From the NCBI GenBank assembly GCA_017626495.1, contig JAGAIP010000002.1, positions 32,722-96,721 of the forward strand: DNA of 64,000 bases, given 5' to 3'. The position numbers and the translations under genes are program-made. The stretch is from Clostridia bacterium (GTDB taxonomy: Bacteria > Bacillota > Clostridia > Christensenellales > Borkfalkiaceae). Shown one piece after another: positions 49,943 through 59,840 of the stretch; within the stretch, counting starts at the first letter, position 1, and each line of letters starts with the position of its first letter. Below the pieces are notes generated by a model. That model worked only from the letters and a program-made list of their open reading frames with translations, ran no database searches and was not told the DNA's origin.

Positions 49943-51361
49943 TCAAGTTTTCTTTTCCGAAAGCTTACGGGAGAATTTGTCTTTTCTCGTATCGGTTGGA
50001 ATCGCGGTAGGATAGATCCCGTCGAAACAGGAAGAGCAGTATGCGTCCGAACAGACGAGCTCACTGAGCGATTCGATGGGAAGATACGCGAGCGAATCGA
50101 CGCCGATGATCTCTGCGATTTCCTCCACGCTGTGACGGTTTGCGATGAGATTTTCTTCCGAATCGATGTCCGTTCCGTAATAACAGGGGTGCAGGAACGG
50201 GGGCGAAGAGATGCGCATATGGATCTCCTTTGCGCCCGCTTCGCGCAAAAGCTTTACGATGCGTCTGCTCGTCGTACCGCGCACGATAGAATCGTCGATG
50301 AGGACGACGCGTTTCCCCTTTAAGACGCATTCGATGGGGCTCAGTTTGATTTTTACCTGATCGATGCGCGATTGATCGGGAGAGATAAACGTCCTGCCGA
50401 TATATTTGTTTTTCATGAGACCTATCTCATAGGGAATCCCCGATTCTTCCGAATAACCGATCGCGGCGTCGAGACCGCTGTCGGGAACGCCAATTACGAC
50501 GTCCGCCTCGACGGGCAACGTCTTTGCGAGAATGCGCCCTGCAATCTTTCTCGAACGGTGAACACACACGCCGTCGATTACGGAATCGGGACGGGCAAAG
50601 TAAATATATTCGAAAATACAGGACTTTTTCGGCTTCGCTCCGCAATGATCGCGGATTGAAGCGCTCCCCTCACGATCGAATACGAGAATTTCGCCCGGTT
50701 CCAGATCGCGGACAAACTGTGCCCCGACGGCATGCAACGCGCACGACTCCGACGCAACGACGATCGAGCCGTCCTGCATACGACCGTAGCAGAGCGGACG
50801 GAACCCGTGCGGATCTCTCGCCGCAATGAGTTTTGTCGCAGACATCAGTACGAGTGAGTACGCACCCTCGAAACGGTACATCGCCCTGTTTAACGCGTCC
50901 TCGATGGAAGGCGCCGTCAGCCTTTCTTTCGTGACGAGGTAGGCGATGGTCTCCGTGTCGGACGTGGTATGAAAGATCGCGCCCGTCAGTTCGAGCTCGT
51001 TGCGAAGATCGAACGCATTGCTCAGATTTCCGTTGTGAGCGATCGCCATCTTGCCCTTCTGATGATTGACCTGAATGGGTTGACAGTTGTTTCTCGTCGC
51101 CGTTCCCGTCGTACTGTAACGAACGTGACCGATTGCAATCGTCCCTTCCGAAAGAGAGGACAGAGAAAGCGAATCGAACACTTCGGAGACGAGCCCCACG
51201 TCCTTATGAGAGGAAAACACGCCGTCGTCGTTGACGACGATTCCGCAACTTTCCTGTCCGCGGTGTTGCAGAGCATACAGTCCGTAATAGACGGTCTCGG
51301 CTATTTTGTAGGAGTTGGGGGAGATGATGCCGAACACTCCGCACTCTTCATGAATCGCCAT
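49943..51361 (-). CDS. purF: amidophosphoribosyltransferase
   Basis: Start MAIHEECGVFGI (N-terminal Cys nucleophile after Met) with a C-terminal PRTase motif (VVLIDDSIVRGTT). The track ORF extends 24 codons upstream. Confidence 0.9.
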   Translation of the reverse strand: MAIHEECGVFGIISPNSYKIAETVYYGLYALQHRGQESCGIVVNDDGVFSSHKDVGLVSEVFDSLSLSSLSEGTIAIGHVRYSTTGTATRNNCQPIQVNHQKGKMAIAHNGNLSNAFDLRNELELTGAIFHTTSDTETIAYLVTKERLTAPSIEDALNRAMYRFEGAYSLVLMSATKLIAARDPHGFRPLCYGRMQDGSIVVASESCALHAVGAQFVRDLEPGEILVFDREGSASIRDHCGAKPKKSCIFEYIYFARPDSVIDGVCVHRSRKIAGRILAKTLPVEADVVIGVPDSGLDAAIGYSEESGIPYEIGLMKNKYIGRTFISPDQSRIDQVKIKLSPIECVLKGKRVVLIDDSIVRGTTSRRIVKLLREAGAKEIHMRISSPPFLHPCYYGTDIDSEENLIANRHSVEEIAEIIGVDSLAYLPIESLSELVCSDAYCSSCFDGIYPTAIPTDTRKDKFSRKLSEKKT

Positions 51362-51363
51362 GG

Positions 51364-52944
51364 TTATTTTCCGCTCGCTCCGTAGTTGGAAAGCACTCTC
51401 GCGGACGGATCGTTTACGTCGCACCCTTCCCATTCCTTGTTGGGCATCCAGAAATCGACGATCATTTCCGCCTGATCGGGATAATATTTTTCAAAGAGCT
51501 CGCGATAGAGAAGGGATTCCTTCGTAAAAGGCGTCGCATGCGCATATCGTTTGCGCTTTGTTTCAAATTCCTCGTCGGTATAATATCCGTTTGCATACGC
51601 TTTGAGGTAATCCACCATGGAATGCCCAACCGCGTCGGAGAAAGCCGCCTTTTCACGGTACAGAATGTCGCTTGGAAGATAATCCCCCTCAAACGCATGG
51701 CGAAGCAGATATTTTCCCTTGTTATATCTGTTGAGTTTGAGTTCGGGGTTGACGGACATGACGTATTCCACGAAATCGAGATCGCCGAACGGCACTCTCG
51801 CCTCCAAAGAGTTGACGGAAATACATCTGTCCGCACGAAGCACGTCGTACATGTGCAATTCTCCGATACGTTTTTCCGCCTCTTTCTGGAACGCCTCGGC
51901 GTTCGGAGCGAAATCGGTATATTTATAGCCGAACAATTCGTCTGAAATTTCACCCGTCAGAAGAACGCGTATATCCGTATTTTCATGGATATACTTACAT
52001 ACGAGATACATTCCCATGCTTGCGCGAACGGTCGTAATATCGTACGTTCCGAGAATGGAGACGACCTTTTCGAGCGAAGAGAGAACGAGTTCTCGGTCGA
52101 TGATGACTTCGGTATGCTCGCTGCCGATGTAGTCCGCCACCTGCTTTGCGTATTTGAGGTCGATCGCGTCGCCCGTCATGCCGATTGCAAACGTTCTGAT
52201 GGGCGTTTTGCTCTTCTTCTGTGCAATGGCGCACACGAGGGACGAATCGAGTCCGCCCGAAAGGAGAAAACCGACCTTTGCGTCCGCGACGAGCCGTTTT
52301 TCCACGCCCGAAACGAGTTTATCGTGAATGTTCTTGCACACCGTTTCGAGATCGTCGGGAAGCACGCTTTTCGCCTTGGAAATATTCGAATAGCAGACGA
52401 ATTTTCCGTCCTTGTAATAGTGCCCGGGAGGGAACGGGAAAATCTTTCCCTTCGTGAGCGGAACGAGGTTCTTCGCCTCGCTCGCAAACGCGATCTTTCC
52501 GTCGAGATAGGTATAGTACAGGGGTCTGATTCCGATGGGATCGCGCGCGGCGATATATTCGTCCGTTTCCCCGTCGTATATCACGCAGGCAAATTCCGCG
52601 TCGAGTTTTTCAAACAGGGCTACCCCGTACTCTTCGTACATGGGCAAAAGGATTTCACAGTCGGAATCGGAACGGAACGTATAGCCTTTCTCGCGCAACT
52701 TCATTCGTTCTTTTTCAAACCCGTACAATTCGCCGTTGCACACCGCGAGACGTTTGCCGAGCGAAAAAGGTTGCATGCCCTTTTCGTCCAACCCCATGAT
52801 GGCGAGGCGGTGGAATCCCATATAACCGCTTTTCAGTTCTTCGAAACGGTACATATCGGGCCCTCGCGATACCGTTTTCATAAACGCTCTGTGCGCCTCT
52901 TCGAACGAGACGCTCTTACTTGTCAAACAAAAAATCGAACACAT
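51364..52944 (-). CDS. asnB: asparagine synthase (glutamine-hydrolysing)
   Basis: MCSIF N-terminus (Cys2 nucleophile) and a SGGLDSS PP-loop. Confidence 0.9.
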   Translation of the reverse strand: MCSIFCLTSKSVSFEEAHRAFMKTVSRGPDMYRFEELKSGYMGFHRLAIMGLDEKGMQPFSLGKRLAVCNGELYGFEKERMKLREKGYTFRSDSDCEILLPMYEEYGVALFEKLDAEFACVIYDGETDEYIAARDPIGIRPLYYTYLDGKIAFASEAKNLVPLTKGKIFPFPPGHYYKDGKFVCYSNISKAKSVLPDDLETVCKNIHDKLVSGVEKRLVADAKVGFLLSGGLDSSLVCAIAQKKSKTPIRTFAIGMTGDAIDLKYAKQVADYIGSEHTEVIIDRELVLSSLEKVVSILGTYDITTVRASMGMYLVCKYIHENTDIRVLLTGEISDELFGYKYTDFAPNAEAFQKEAEKRIGELHMYDVLRADRCISVNSLEARVPFGDLDFVEYVMSVNPELKLNRYNKGKYLLRHAFEGDYLPSDILYREKAAFSDAVGHSMVDYLKAYANGYYTDEEFETKRKRYAHATPFTKESLLYRELFEKYYPDQAEMIVDFWMPNKEWEGCDVNDPSARVLSNYGASGK

Positions 52945-52954
52945 AGCAACTCTC

Positions 52955-53683
52955 TCAGTTATTCGTATACATCTGTTTATAAGGATTGTCCGTGTCCGGC
53001 GTCAACTTATAAAACGTATGGTCAAGGATCTCTTTTTCGCTTAGGGAATACAGTCTGCAATAATCCGCGATGACGTCCTTGATTTCGGGATCGCTCACGC
53101 CGTAAAGCTTTTCGGCTTTGACTTGCTTGGGAAGTAAGTTGGGGAGTTTATCCGTTCTGAGATAAATCTGTCCGCCGTGCATTCCGGTACCGCAAAAATT
53201 TCCGGCGACGTCCTTTTCGTTTTCGGTGAGTCCCAGGACGATGATGATACCGCCTGCCTGATACTCTCCGAGGAAAGAGCCGACCTTTCCCCCGATGACG
53301 ACGACGGGCTTATTATCCTGATACGCCTTCATATGAATGCCGACGCGATAGCCTGCGTCTCCTCCCGTATAGATCCTGCCTCCGCGCATAGCAAAGCCGA
53401 GCGCGTCTCCTCCGTTTCCGGAAATGACGATTTTTCCCGCATTCATGGTGTCGCCCGTAGCGTCCTGCGCGTTGCCGTTGACGAAAATCTGCGCGCCGTT
53501 CAGATATGCGCCGAGCGCGTTCCCGGGCGTGCCGTTAACGGTGATGATTTTATCCCCGATGCCTGCGCCGATATAGCGCTGACCGAGACAGTCGTTGACG
53601 GTGATTTCTTTTTCTTTGGTTTCTCGGATGACTTCGTTCAATCTCTGAAAGTGGAGCATCGCTCCTGCCGTGATCACTAACAT
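52955..53683 (-). CDS. glutamate synthase GXGXG-domain subunit (archaeal-type split GltS)
   Basis: 242 aa of repeated G-x-G-x-G beta-helix motifs (NGTPGNALGAYLNG, SGNGGDALGFAMRGG). Confidence 0.8.
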   Translation of the reverse strand: MLVITAGAMLHFQRLNEVIRETKEKEITVNDCLGQRYIGAGIGDKIITVNGTPGNALGAYLNGAQIFVNGNAQDATGDTMNAGKIVISGNGGDALGFAMRGGRIYTGGDAGYRVGIHMKAYQDNKPVVVIGGKVGSFLGEYQAGGIIIVLGLTENEKDVAGNFCGTGMHGGQIYLRTDKLPNLLPKQVKAEKLYGVSDPEIKDVIADYCRLYSLSEKEILDHTFYKLTPDTDNPYKQMYTNN

Positions 53684-53685
53684 CC

Positions 53686-54936
53686 TTACACCTCCTTCGT
53701 AAAATTCTCTCTGCGGTACGTTTTCGAAAACGCCGCGAGCTGAGGTCTCGTTTTGAGCAAATCGAAATCCACCTCGCAGAGGGGAGTGCGGTTTCTGATG
53801 AGGGAAGTATAAATTCCTGCGCGGGATACGTCTCCGATGAGGATAAATCCCTTCAATACGCCGTCCTGACAGAACAGTTTTTTATAATTTCCGTCTTTAT
53901 GCTCTTTATAAACCTCTCCCTCATAGACGCCTGCGGTCATCATGTGCAGTCCGAACAGTCCCATAGCGTTCATGGGGATCGCCTGATCGAAGGAAACGTC
54001 TCCCCCCGCCATGTTGACGCCTGCCGTTCTTCCCTGAAACGCGGCGTTGGGAAGGAGCGCGAGCACTCTGTCAACGCCTGCCGTAATGTCGTGCGAAATG
54101 GCGCAATCGCCTGCGGCATAGACGTCCGCAAGGGAAGTTTCCTGCTTTTCGTTACAGCAAATTCCCCTCTCGCATGCTCCTCCTGCTTCTTTGACGAGCT
54201 CGATATTTGCGCGCACGCCGACGGCGAGCACGAGTTTATCGAAGGAAAGCGTCTTTCCGCTCTTCATCGTCGCGCTGTTTGATTCGAATTTAACCGCGCT
54301 GTCCGAAAGACAGAATTTCACGCCGAGCCCTTCGAGATAGGTCTGAACGATACGGGAACCCTCTTCGTCGAGAATGCTGGGCAAGATTCTGTCCGCCATA
54401 TCCACGGCCGTCACGCTGTTTACGCGAGAGAGAATGCCTTCCACGCATTTGAGTCCGATGAGTCCTGCGCCGATGACGAGCACGTTGTCCGTCTTGACAA
54501 AATCGCGTTCGATGCGGAGCGCGTCGTCCATCGTCATAAAGGAATAGCTTTGTTCCACGCGGTCAAGTCCTTCCATGGGAGGAACGAACGGACGAGACCC
54601 CGTAGCGACGAGCAATTTGTCATATCCGACCGTCTCCCCCGTAGAGAGCGTCACGGTCTTTTCTTTCGCGTCGATCTTCTCGGCGCGCACGCCGAGTTTT
54701 GTCTGCACGCCGTTTACCTCGTACCAATCGGAAGGGCGGTATTTCATGTGTTCTTCGTCCGTCTTTCCGTACAGATAATAGGAGATCAGAGGTCTGCCGT
54801 AAGTAAAGTGCGTTTCGTCGGAAACGAGAAGAATCGTTCCTTCCTTATCGAGAGAGCGAATGCCTTCCACCGCATGAATTGCGGCGGTTGAATTACCGAT
54901 GATTACATATCTTTTCATATCAGTCACGCTCCTCAT
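53686..54936 (-). CDS. FAD/NAD(P)-dependent pyridine nucleotide-disulfide-type oxidoreductase (electron-input subunit candidate for GltS)
   Basis: Two Rossmann dinucleotide motifs (VIIGNSTAA, VIGAGLIGLK). Confidence 0.7.
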   Translation of the reverse strand: MRSVTDMKRYVIIGNSTAAIHAVEGIRSLDKEGTILLVSDETHFTYGRPLISYYLYGKTDEEHMKYRPSDWYEVNGVQTKLGVRAEKIDAKEKTVTLSTGETVGYDKLLVATGSRPFVPPMEGLDRVEQSYSFMTMDDALRIERDFVKTDNVLVIGAGLIGLKCVEGILSRVNSVTAVDMADRILPSILDEEGSRIVQTYLEGLGVKFCLSDSAVKFESNSATMKSGKTLSFDKLVLAVGVRANIELVKEAGGACERGICCNEKQETSLADVYAAGDCAISHDITAGVDRVLALLPNAAFQGRTAGVNMAGGDVSFDQAIPMNAMGLFGLHMMTAGVYEGEVYKEHKDGNYKKLFCQDGVLKGFILIGDVSRAGIYTSLIRNRTPLCEVDFDLLKTRPQLAAFSKTYRRENFTKEV

Positions 54937-55357
54937 AGACGATTGCCCTGTTGGGACAGTGTGCTACGCAGTTGGGTTCTCCGCAGAGATTTTTCGTGCA
55001 GAGCTCGCATTTTTGGGCGACGTGTCCATCCCCGTCGGGCATGACCGCGCCGTAAGGACAGACGAGCACGCAGGTAAAGCACCCCACGCATTTGTTTCGG
55101 TCGATCTCCACGACGCCGCTTTCCGAACGAGAGAGCGCGCCTGCGATACAGCTGTTTACGCAAATCGCATCCTTACAATGTCTGCAATTCACTGCAAAAT
55201 GAACGTTCTTTCCGTCCTCCACTCTGATTTTGGGATGAATGGTTTTTCCCTTCAACGCCTTTACCATATCCGTCATTCCGGAATTTGCAAAGGCGCATTC
55301 ATATTCACACAGATGGCATCCGAGACACCATTTTTCTTCTACATATATTCTTTTCAT
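54920..55357 (-). CDS. 4Fe-4S ferredoxin (multi-cluster)
   Basis: 145 aa with several CxxCxxCxxxCP motifs. Confidence 0.75.
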   Translation of the reverse strand: MKRIYVEEKWCLGCHLCEYECAFANSGMTDMVKALKGKTIHPKIRVEDGKNVHFAVNCRHCKDAICVNSCIAGALSRSESGVVEIDRNKCVGCFTCVLVCPYGAVMPDGDGHVAQKCELCTKNLCGEPNCVAHCPNRAIVYEERD

Positions 55358-55366
55358 AGCGTCTCC

Positions 55367-56875
55367 TTAAAGCGATTCGCCCGCATAGCGAATGCCGAGA
55401 ATTTTGAGCTCGGTCTCGTTGAGCCCTACGCCGCGGAGCATAAGTCTGTTTCCTCGAAGCGCCTCGATGGAGTTGATTCCCATACCGCCCATGATCTCCT
55501 GAATCTCGTGATTCCATGCCGTGAGCAAATTGACGAGCCTCTGCGAAGCGATATTCGGATTGAGCCTTTTGACGAGTTCGGGATCCTGCGTCGCGATGCC
55601 CCAGTTGCATTTACCCGTGTTACAGGTGCGGCAGAGGTGACAGCCCATGGCGAGTACCGCCGCCGTCGCAATATAACAAGCGTCTGCGCCGAGCGCGACC
55701 GCCTTGACGACGTCAGCCGCCGAACGAATGGAACCTCCGACCACGATGGAAACGTTGTCGCGGATCCCCTCTTCGCGGAGCCTCTGATCGACGGACGCAA
55801 GCGCAAGTTCGATGGGGATTCCCACGTTGTCGCGAATGCGCGTAGGCGCCGCGCCCGTACCGCCGCGGAATCCGTCGATTGCGATGATGTCCGCACCGCT
55901 GCGCGCGATGCCGCTTGCGATTGCGGCGCAGTTATGTACGGCGGCAACCTTGACGATGACGGGTTTCTGATAGCCCGTAGCCTCTTTCAAGGAATAGATG
56001 AGCTGACGCAAATCCTCAATGGAATAAATATCGTGATGAGGAGCCGGGGAAATCGCATCCACGCCCTGCGGAATCATACGGGTTGCGGAGACGTCCTCGG
56101 TGATTTTCGCTCCGGGAAGATGTCCGCCGATACCGGGTTTCGCGCCCTGTCCCATTTTAATCTCGATTGCAGCTCCCGCTTCGAGGTAATCCTTAAAGAC
56201 GCCGAATCTGCCCGAGGCGACCTGTACGATGGTGTTTTCCCCGTACTGATAGAAATCCTTATGAAGTCCGCCCTCGCCCGTGTTGTAATACGTTCCGAGC
56301 GCTTTTGCGGCGCGCGCGAGCGACTCGTGCGCGTTGTAGGAAATCGAGCCGTAGCTCATGGCGGAGAACATGACGGGCAAATTGAGTTTGAGGGAAGGCG
56401 ACATGGTATCCACGAGCTTCCCGTTCTGATCGCGCACGACTTCGCATTTTCTCTTGCCGAGATACACGGTCGTTTCCATCGGCTCGCGCAGGGGGTCGAT
56501 GGAAGGGTTGGTAACCTGCGACGCGTTGAGCAGAATTTTATCCCAGTAGACGGGGAAATTCTTGGGATTTCCCATCGCCGAGAGGAGCACACCTCCCGAA
56601 TTTGCCTGGCGAAATACTTCGTTGACCGTCTGCATATCCCAGTTGGCATTCTCGCGATAGGTATCTCCCGAACGCACGATTTTCAAGGCATGCGTGGGAC
56701 AGAGACAGACGCAACGATGACAATTCACGCAGAGCGTACTGTCTGCAATCATTTTTTTATTTTCTTCGTCATAACGGTGCACCCTGTTCGCGCACTGTCT
56801 TTCGCAGACGCGGCAAGCGATGCAGTTATCCTGATTTCTGACGACTTCGTATTCGGGATAGATGAAGGTATTCAT
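55367..56875 (-). CDS. glutamate synthase FMN-binding subunit with N-terminal 2x[4Fe-4S] domain (archaeal-type split GltS)
   Basis: Start MNTFIYPEYEV was chosen. CIACRVCERQC and CVNCHRCVCLCP motifs, then a GltS FMN-domain core. Confidence 0.8.
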   Translation of the reverse strand: MNTFIYPEYEVVRNQDNCIACRVCERQCANRVHRYDEENKKMIADSTLCVNCHRCVCLCPTHALKIVRSGDTYRENANWDMQTVNEVFRQANSGGVLLSAMGNPKNFPVYWDKILLNASQVTNPSIDPLREPMETTVYLGKRKCEVVRDQNGKLVDTMSPSLKLNLPVMFSAMSYGSISYNAHESLARAAKALGTYYNTGEGGLHKDFYQYGENTIVQVASGRFGVFKDYLEAGAAIEIKMGQGAKPGIGGHLPGAKITEDVSATRMIPQGVDAISPAPHHDIYSIEDLRQLIYSLKEATGYQKPVIVKVAAVHNCAAIASGIARSGADIIAIDGFRGGTGAAPTRIRDNVGIPIELALASVDQRLREEGIRDNVSIVVGGSIRSAADVVKAVALGADACYIATAAVLAMGCHLCRTCNTGKCNWGIATQDPELVKRLNPNIASQRLVNLLTAWNHEIQEIMGGMGINSIEALRGNRLMLRGVGLNETELKILGIRYAGESL

Positions 56876-57969
56876 GCGTTTACGCCTCCTTTGAGCGTGT
56901 AGATGACCGCCTCTCCTCCTGCGGGGGAATAGATCGTATCCACGCTCGGTTCGATCACGCGGATCGCGCATTCTTCGCTTGCGATATACGCTTTATCTCC
57001 CTTCTCCGCACATACCATCGAACGGAGTTTCAACCTGTCGTTGAGCGCCATAAGTCCGCCGTGGAATCCCAAAATGATGGAGAACGGCCCCGTGATGAGA
57101 AGTTCGGGGAACATACGGCGAAGAAGTTGTTCCTGCGCTCTGTCCTCTTCCCCTTTCGTTTCGATGGTTGACCAGAAGGACGCCGCGACGACTTTTGCCG
57201 CCTCCTGCAAGGTGAGCCCTTTCTTTCTCAACAGGAAATCGAAGATATAGGTGATGACTTCGGTATCCGTCTGTAAATTACATTTATAGCCGAACATCTC
57301 GATGTAGCGGCGGTTCGCGTCGTACGAGGAGATTTCTCCGTTGTGGACGATGGAATAGTCGAGAAGTCCGAACGGATGCGCGCCGCCCCACCATCCGGGC
57401 GTATTCGTGGGGTATCTGCCGTGACACGTCCAGGAATATCCCTCGTATTCTTCGAGTTTATAGAATCTGCCGACGTCTTCGGGGAATCCGACGGCTTTGA
57501 AAATACCCATATTTTTACCGCTTGAAAAGATAAACGCGCCCTTCACCGTGGTATTGATGTGAAATACGCAACGGGCGACGTACTCGCTCTCGTCAAGCTG
57601 ACTTGCCTCCAATTTTCTCGGAAGAGGAGACACGAAATAACGGAAAATAAGCGGTTCGTCTTTAATGGATGCCACTTTTCTCGTCTGAATCGGCGAATAG
57701 TACGCAATCTCGAAATGCTGTTTCAAAAATTCTTCCGCCTCGTGTTGGGAAGAAGCGTTATCGTAAAACAGATGAAATGCGTAAAAGTCTTTGAAGTCGG
57801 GATAAATGCCGTAGCCTGCAAATCCTCCGCCGAGACCGTTGGAACGGTCGTGCATGGTCGCAATGGAGTCGATCATACACTGTCCGCTGATTTTTTTACC
57901 GCTTCTGTCGATCACGCCCGAAATGGCGCAACCGGAAGGGTTTCTGAATTCTCCCTCTTTAAGTAACAT
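56872..57969 (-). CDS. glutamate synthase glutamine-amidotransferase (class II) subunit (archaeal-type split GltS)
   Basis: 365 aa with an Ntn-type GATase-2 fold (GCAISGVIDRSG near the N-terminus). Confidence 0.75.
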   Translation of the reverse strand: MLLKEGEFRNPSGCAISGVIDRSGKKISGQCMIDSIATMHDRSNGLGGGFAGYGIYPDFKDFYAFHLFYDNASSQHEAEEFLKQHFEIAYYSPIQTRKVASIKDEPLIFRYFVSPLPRKLEASQLDESEYVARCVFHINTTVKGAFIFSSGKNMGIFKAVGFPEDVGRFYKLEEYEGYSWTCHGRYPTNTPGWWGGAHPFGLLDYSIVHNGEISSYDANRRYIEMFGYKCNLQTDTEVITYIFDFLLRKKGLTLQEAAKVVAASFWSTIETKGEEDRAQEQLLRRMFPELLITGPFSIILGFHGGLMALNDRLKLRSMVCAEKGDKAYIASEECAIRVIEPSVDTIYSPAGGEAVIYTLKGGVNA

Positions 57970-58073
57970 GATACTACCTCTACATAGTTTATTCTTTCTC
58001 GCCCTTACATAGAAAAGAGGATAAATATAAAACTTATCCCCTTTCCCTATGTAGAGAGAGTGTGTGAGTAAAG

Positions 58074-59792
58074 TTATTCAGCCTCGTCCTGCAATGCGTC
58101 GTAACCGCTTGCGCCGGTACGAACCTTGACGACGTTCTCTACGTTGTAGACGAAGATCTTGCCGTCGCCGATGTGTCCGGTATAGAGCGCTTTTCTCGCC
58201 GTTTCGACTACGGTTTCTACGGGAACCTTGGAGACGACGACTTCTACTTTTACTTTGGGAAGAAGGCTCATCTCGATGGGAACGCCGCGATACATCTCGG
58301 TAGCGCCCTTCTGAACGCCGCATCCGAGTACCTGCGTAACGGTAAGTCCGGTAACGCCGATTTGTTCAAGCGCGGTTTTAAGTGCTTCGAGTCTGGGCTG
58401 TTTTGTGATGATGACGATCTTGCTCATCTTCGCGTCGACTGCGGATGCAACGACGGGAACGGATGTTTCGACAACTTCTACGCCGGTACCCTCAGGCTCG
58501 CCCTCTGCAAGGATCTCACTGTTAAGCGATACTGCGGTGAAGTCGGCATATGCGGAAGGCATACCGTGTTCCATCTTGTCGAGCCCTTCGATCTCTTCCG
58601 TTCTGGAAACGCGAATTCCCTTCTGAACTTTCGAAAGGATAAAGAAGGTTGCAATCATTGTGACGGCTGCCCAAGCGGCTACCGTTACGAATCCGAGGAG
58701 CTGTAAACCAAGCTGCGTGAAGTGTCCCGTCATGAAGAGACCGCCGTCTGCAAGTCCCCAGTAAGCCGCAAGCTCGGGATCTGCGAAGAGACCGACTGCG
58801 ATCGTACCCCAGATACCGTTTGCCATGTGAACGCCGACTGCACCGACGGGATCGTCGATATGTAACTTTTTATCGAGACCTTCGACGACGACGACGACAA
58901 GAATGCCTGCGACAAAACCGATGATAACGGAAGCCCATGCAGGAACGACTGCGCAGGGAGCGGTGATTGCTACGAGTCCTGCCAAAGATGCGTTCAAGGT
59001 CATGGAGACGTCAGGTTTGCCGTTTTTGATCCAGGTATAGCACATGCATGCACAGGACGCAACGGCGGGAGCGATGGTCGTATTGATAAAGATCTGACCC
59101 AAAGAGAGGGTGGAGTTTGCGGCTGCGCCGTTGAAACCGTACCAACCGAACCAGAGAATGAAGCAACCGAGTGCGCCGAGCGTCAGGGAGTGTCCGGGAA
59201 TCGCGTTGACTTTCACGACTTTGCCCTTTGCGTCTCTCGTATATTTTCCGATACGGGGACCGAGGAAGATCGCACCGACGAGTGCTGCGATACCGCCGAC
59301 CATGTGAATTGCGGTGGAACCTGCAAAGTCATGGAACCCGAGCTGAGCGAGCCAGCCGCCGCCCCAGATCCAGTGCGCTTCCACAGGATAAACCACAAGG
59401 CTCATAATGAAGGAATACACGCAATACGATGAGAACTTCGTTCTTTCAGCCATAGCACCCGAGACGATGGTTGCGGTCGTCGCGCAGAACACAAGGTTGA
59501 ACACGAACTGGGAAACGTAGCTGTAATTTCCCGTTTCAGCCGCCACCTTGAACTGGGTGATCCAGTCAAAGTTGGGAAGTCCCAAAAATCCGCCGAGGGC
59601 GTCCTCGCCCAACAGCAAGCCGGCACCGAGGAGCAGGAACGCTACCGTACCGATGCAGAAGTCCATCAGGTTTTTCATGATAATGTTGCCTGCGTTCTTT
59701 GCTCTCGTGAAACCGGTTTCAACCATGGCGAAACCTGCTTGCATGAAGAACACGAGTGCGGCACCTATCAAGTACCAAACCTCAAATGTCAT
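58074..59792 (-). CDS. ammonium transporter fused to a C-terminal P-II (GlnK) domain
   Basis: 572 aa; Amt TM core, then a C-terminal ~110 aa with a P-II pattern (...GDGKIFV...). Confidence 0.85.
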   Translation of the reverse strand: MTFEVWYLIGAALVFFMQAGFAMVETGFTRAKNAGNIIMKNLMDFCIGTVAFLLLGAGLLLGEDALGGFLGLPNFDWITQFKVAAETGNYSYVSQFVFNLVFCATTATIVSGAMAERTKFSSYCVYSFIMSLVVYPVEAHWIWGGGWLAQLGFHDFAGSTAIHMVGGIAALVGAIFLGPRIGKYTRDAKGKVVKVNAIPGHSLTLGALGCFILWFGWYGFNGAAANSTLSLGQIFINTTIAPAVASCACMCYTWIKNGKPDVSMTLNASLAGLVAITAPCAVVPAWASVIIGFVAGILVVVVVEGLDKKLHIDDPVGAVGVHMANGIWGTIAVGLFADPELAAYWGLADGGLFMTGHFTQLGLQLLGFVTVAAWAAVTMIATFFILSKVQKGIRVSRTEEIEGLDKMEHGMPSAYADFTAVSLNSEILAEGEPEGTGVEVVETSVPVVASAVDAKMSKIVIITKQPRLEALKTALEQIGVTGLTVTQVLGCGVQKGATEMYRGVPIEMSLLPKVKVEVVVSKVPVETVVETARKALYTGHIGDGKIFVYNVENVVKVRTGASGYDALQDEAE

Positions 59793-59840
59793 AAGAGTTT
59801 ACCTCCAAAATAAAATACAAAGTTCTATTCTCTCAAATGA

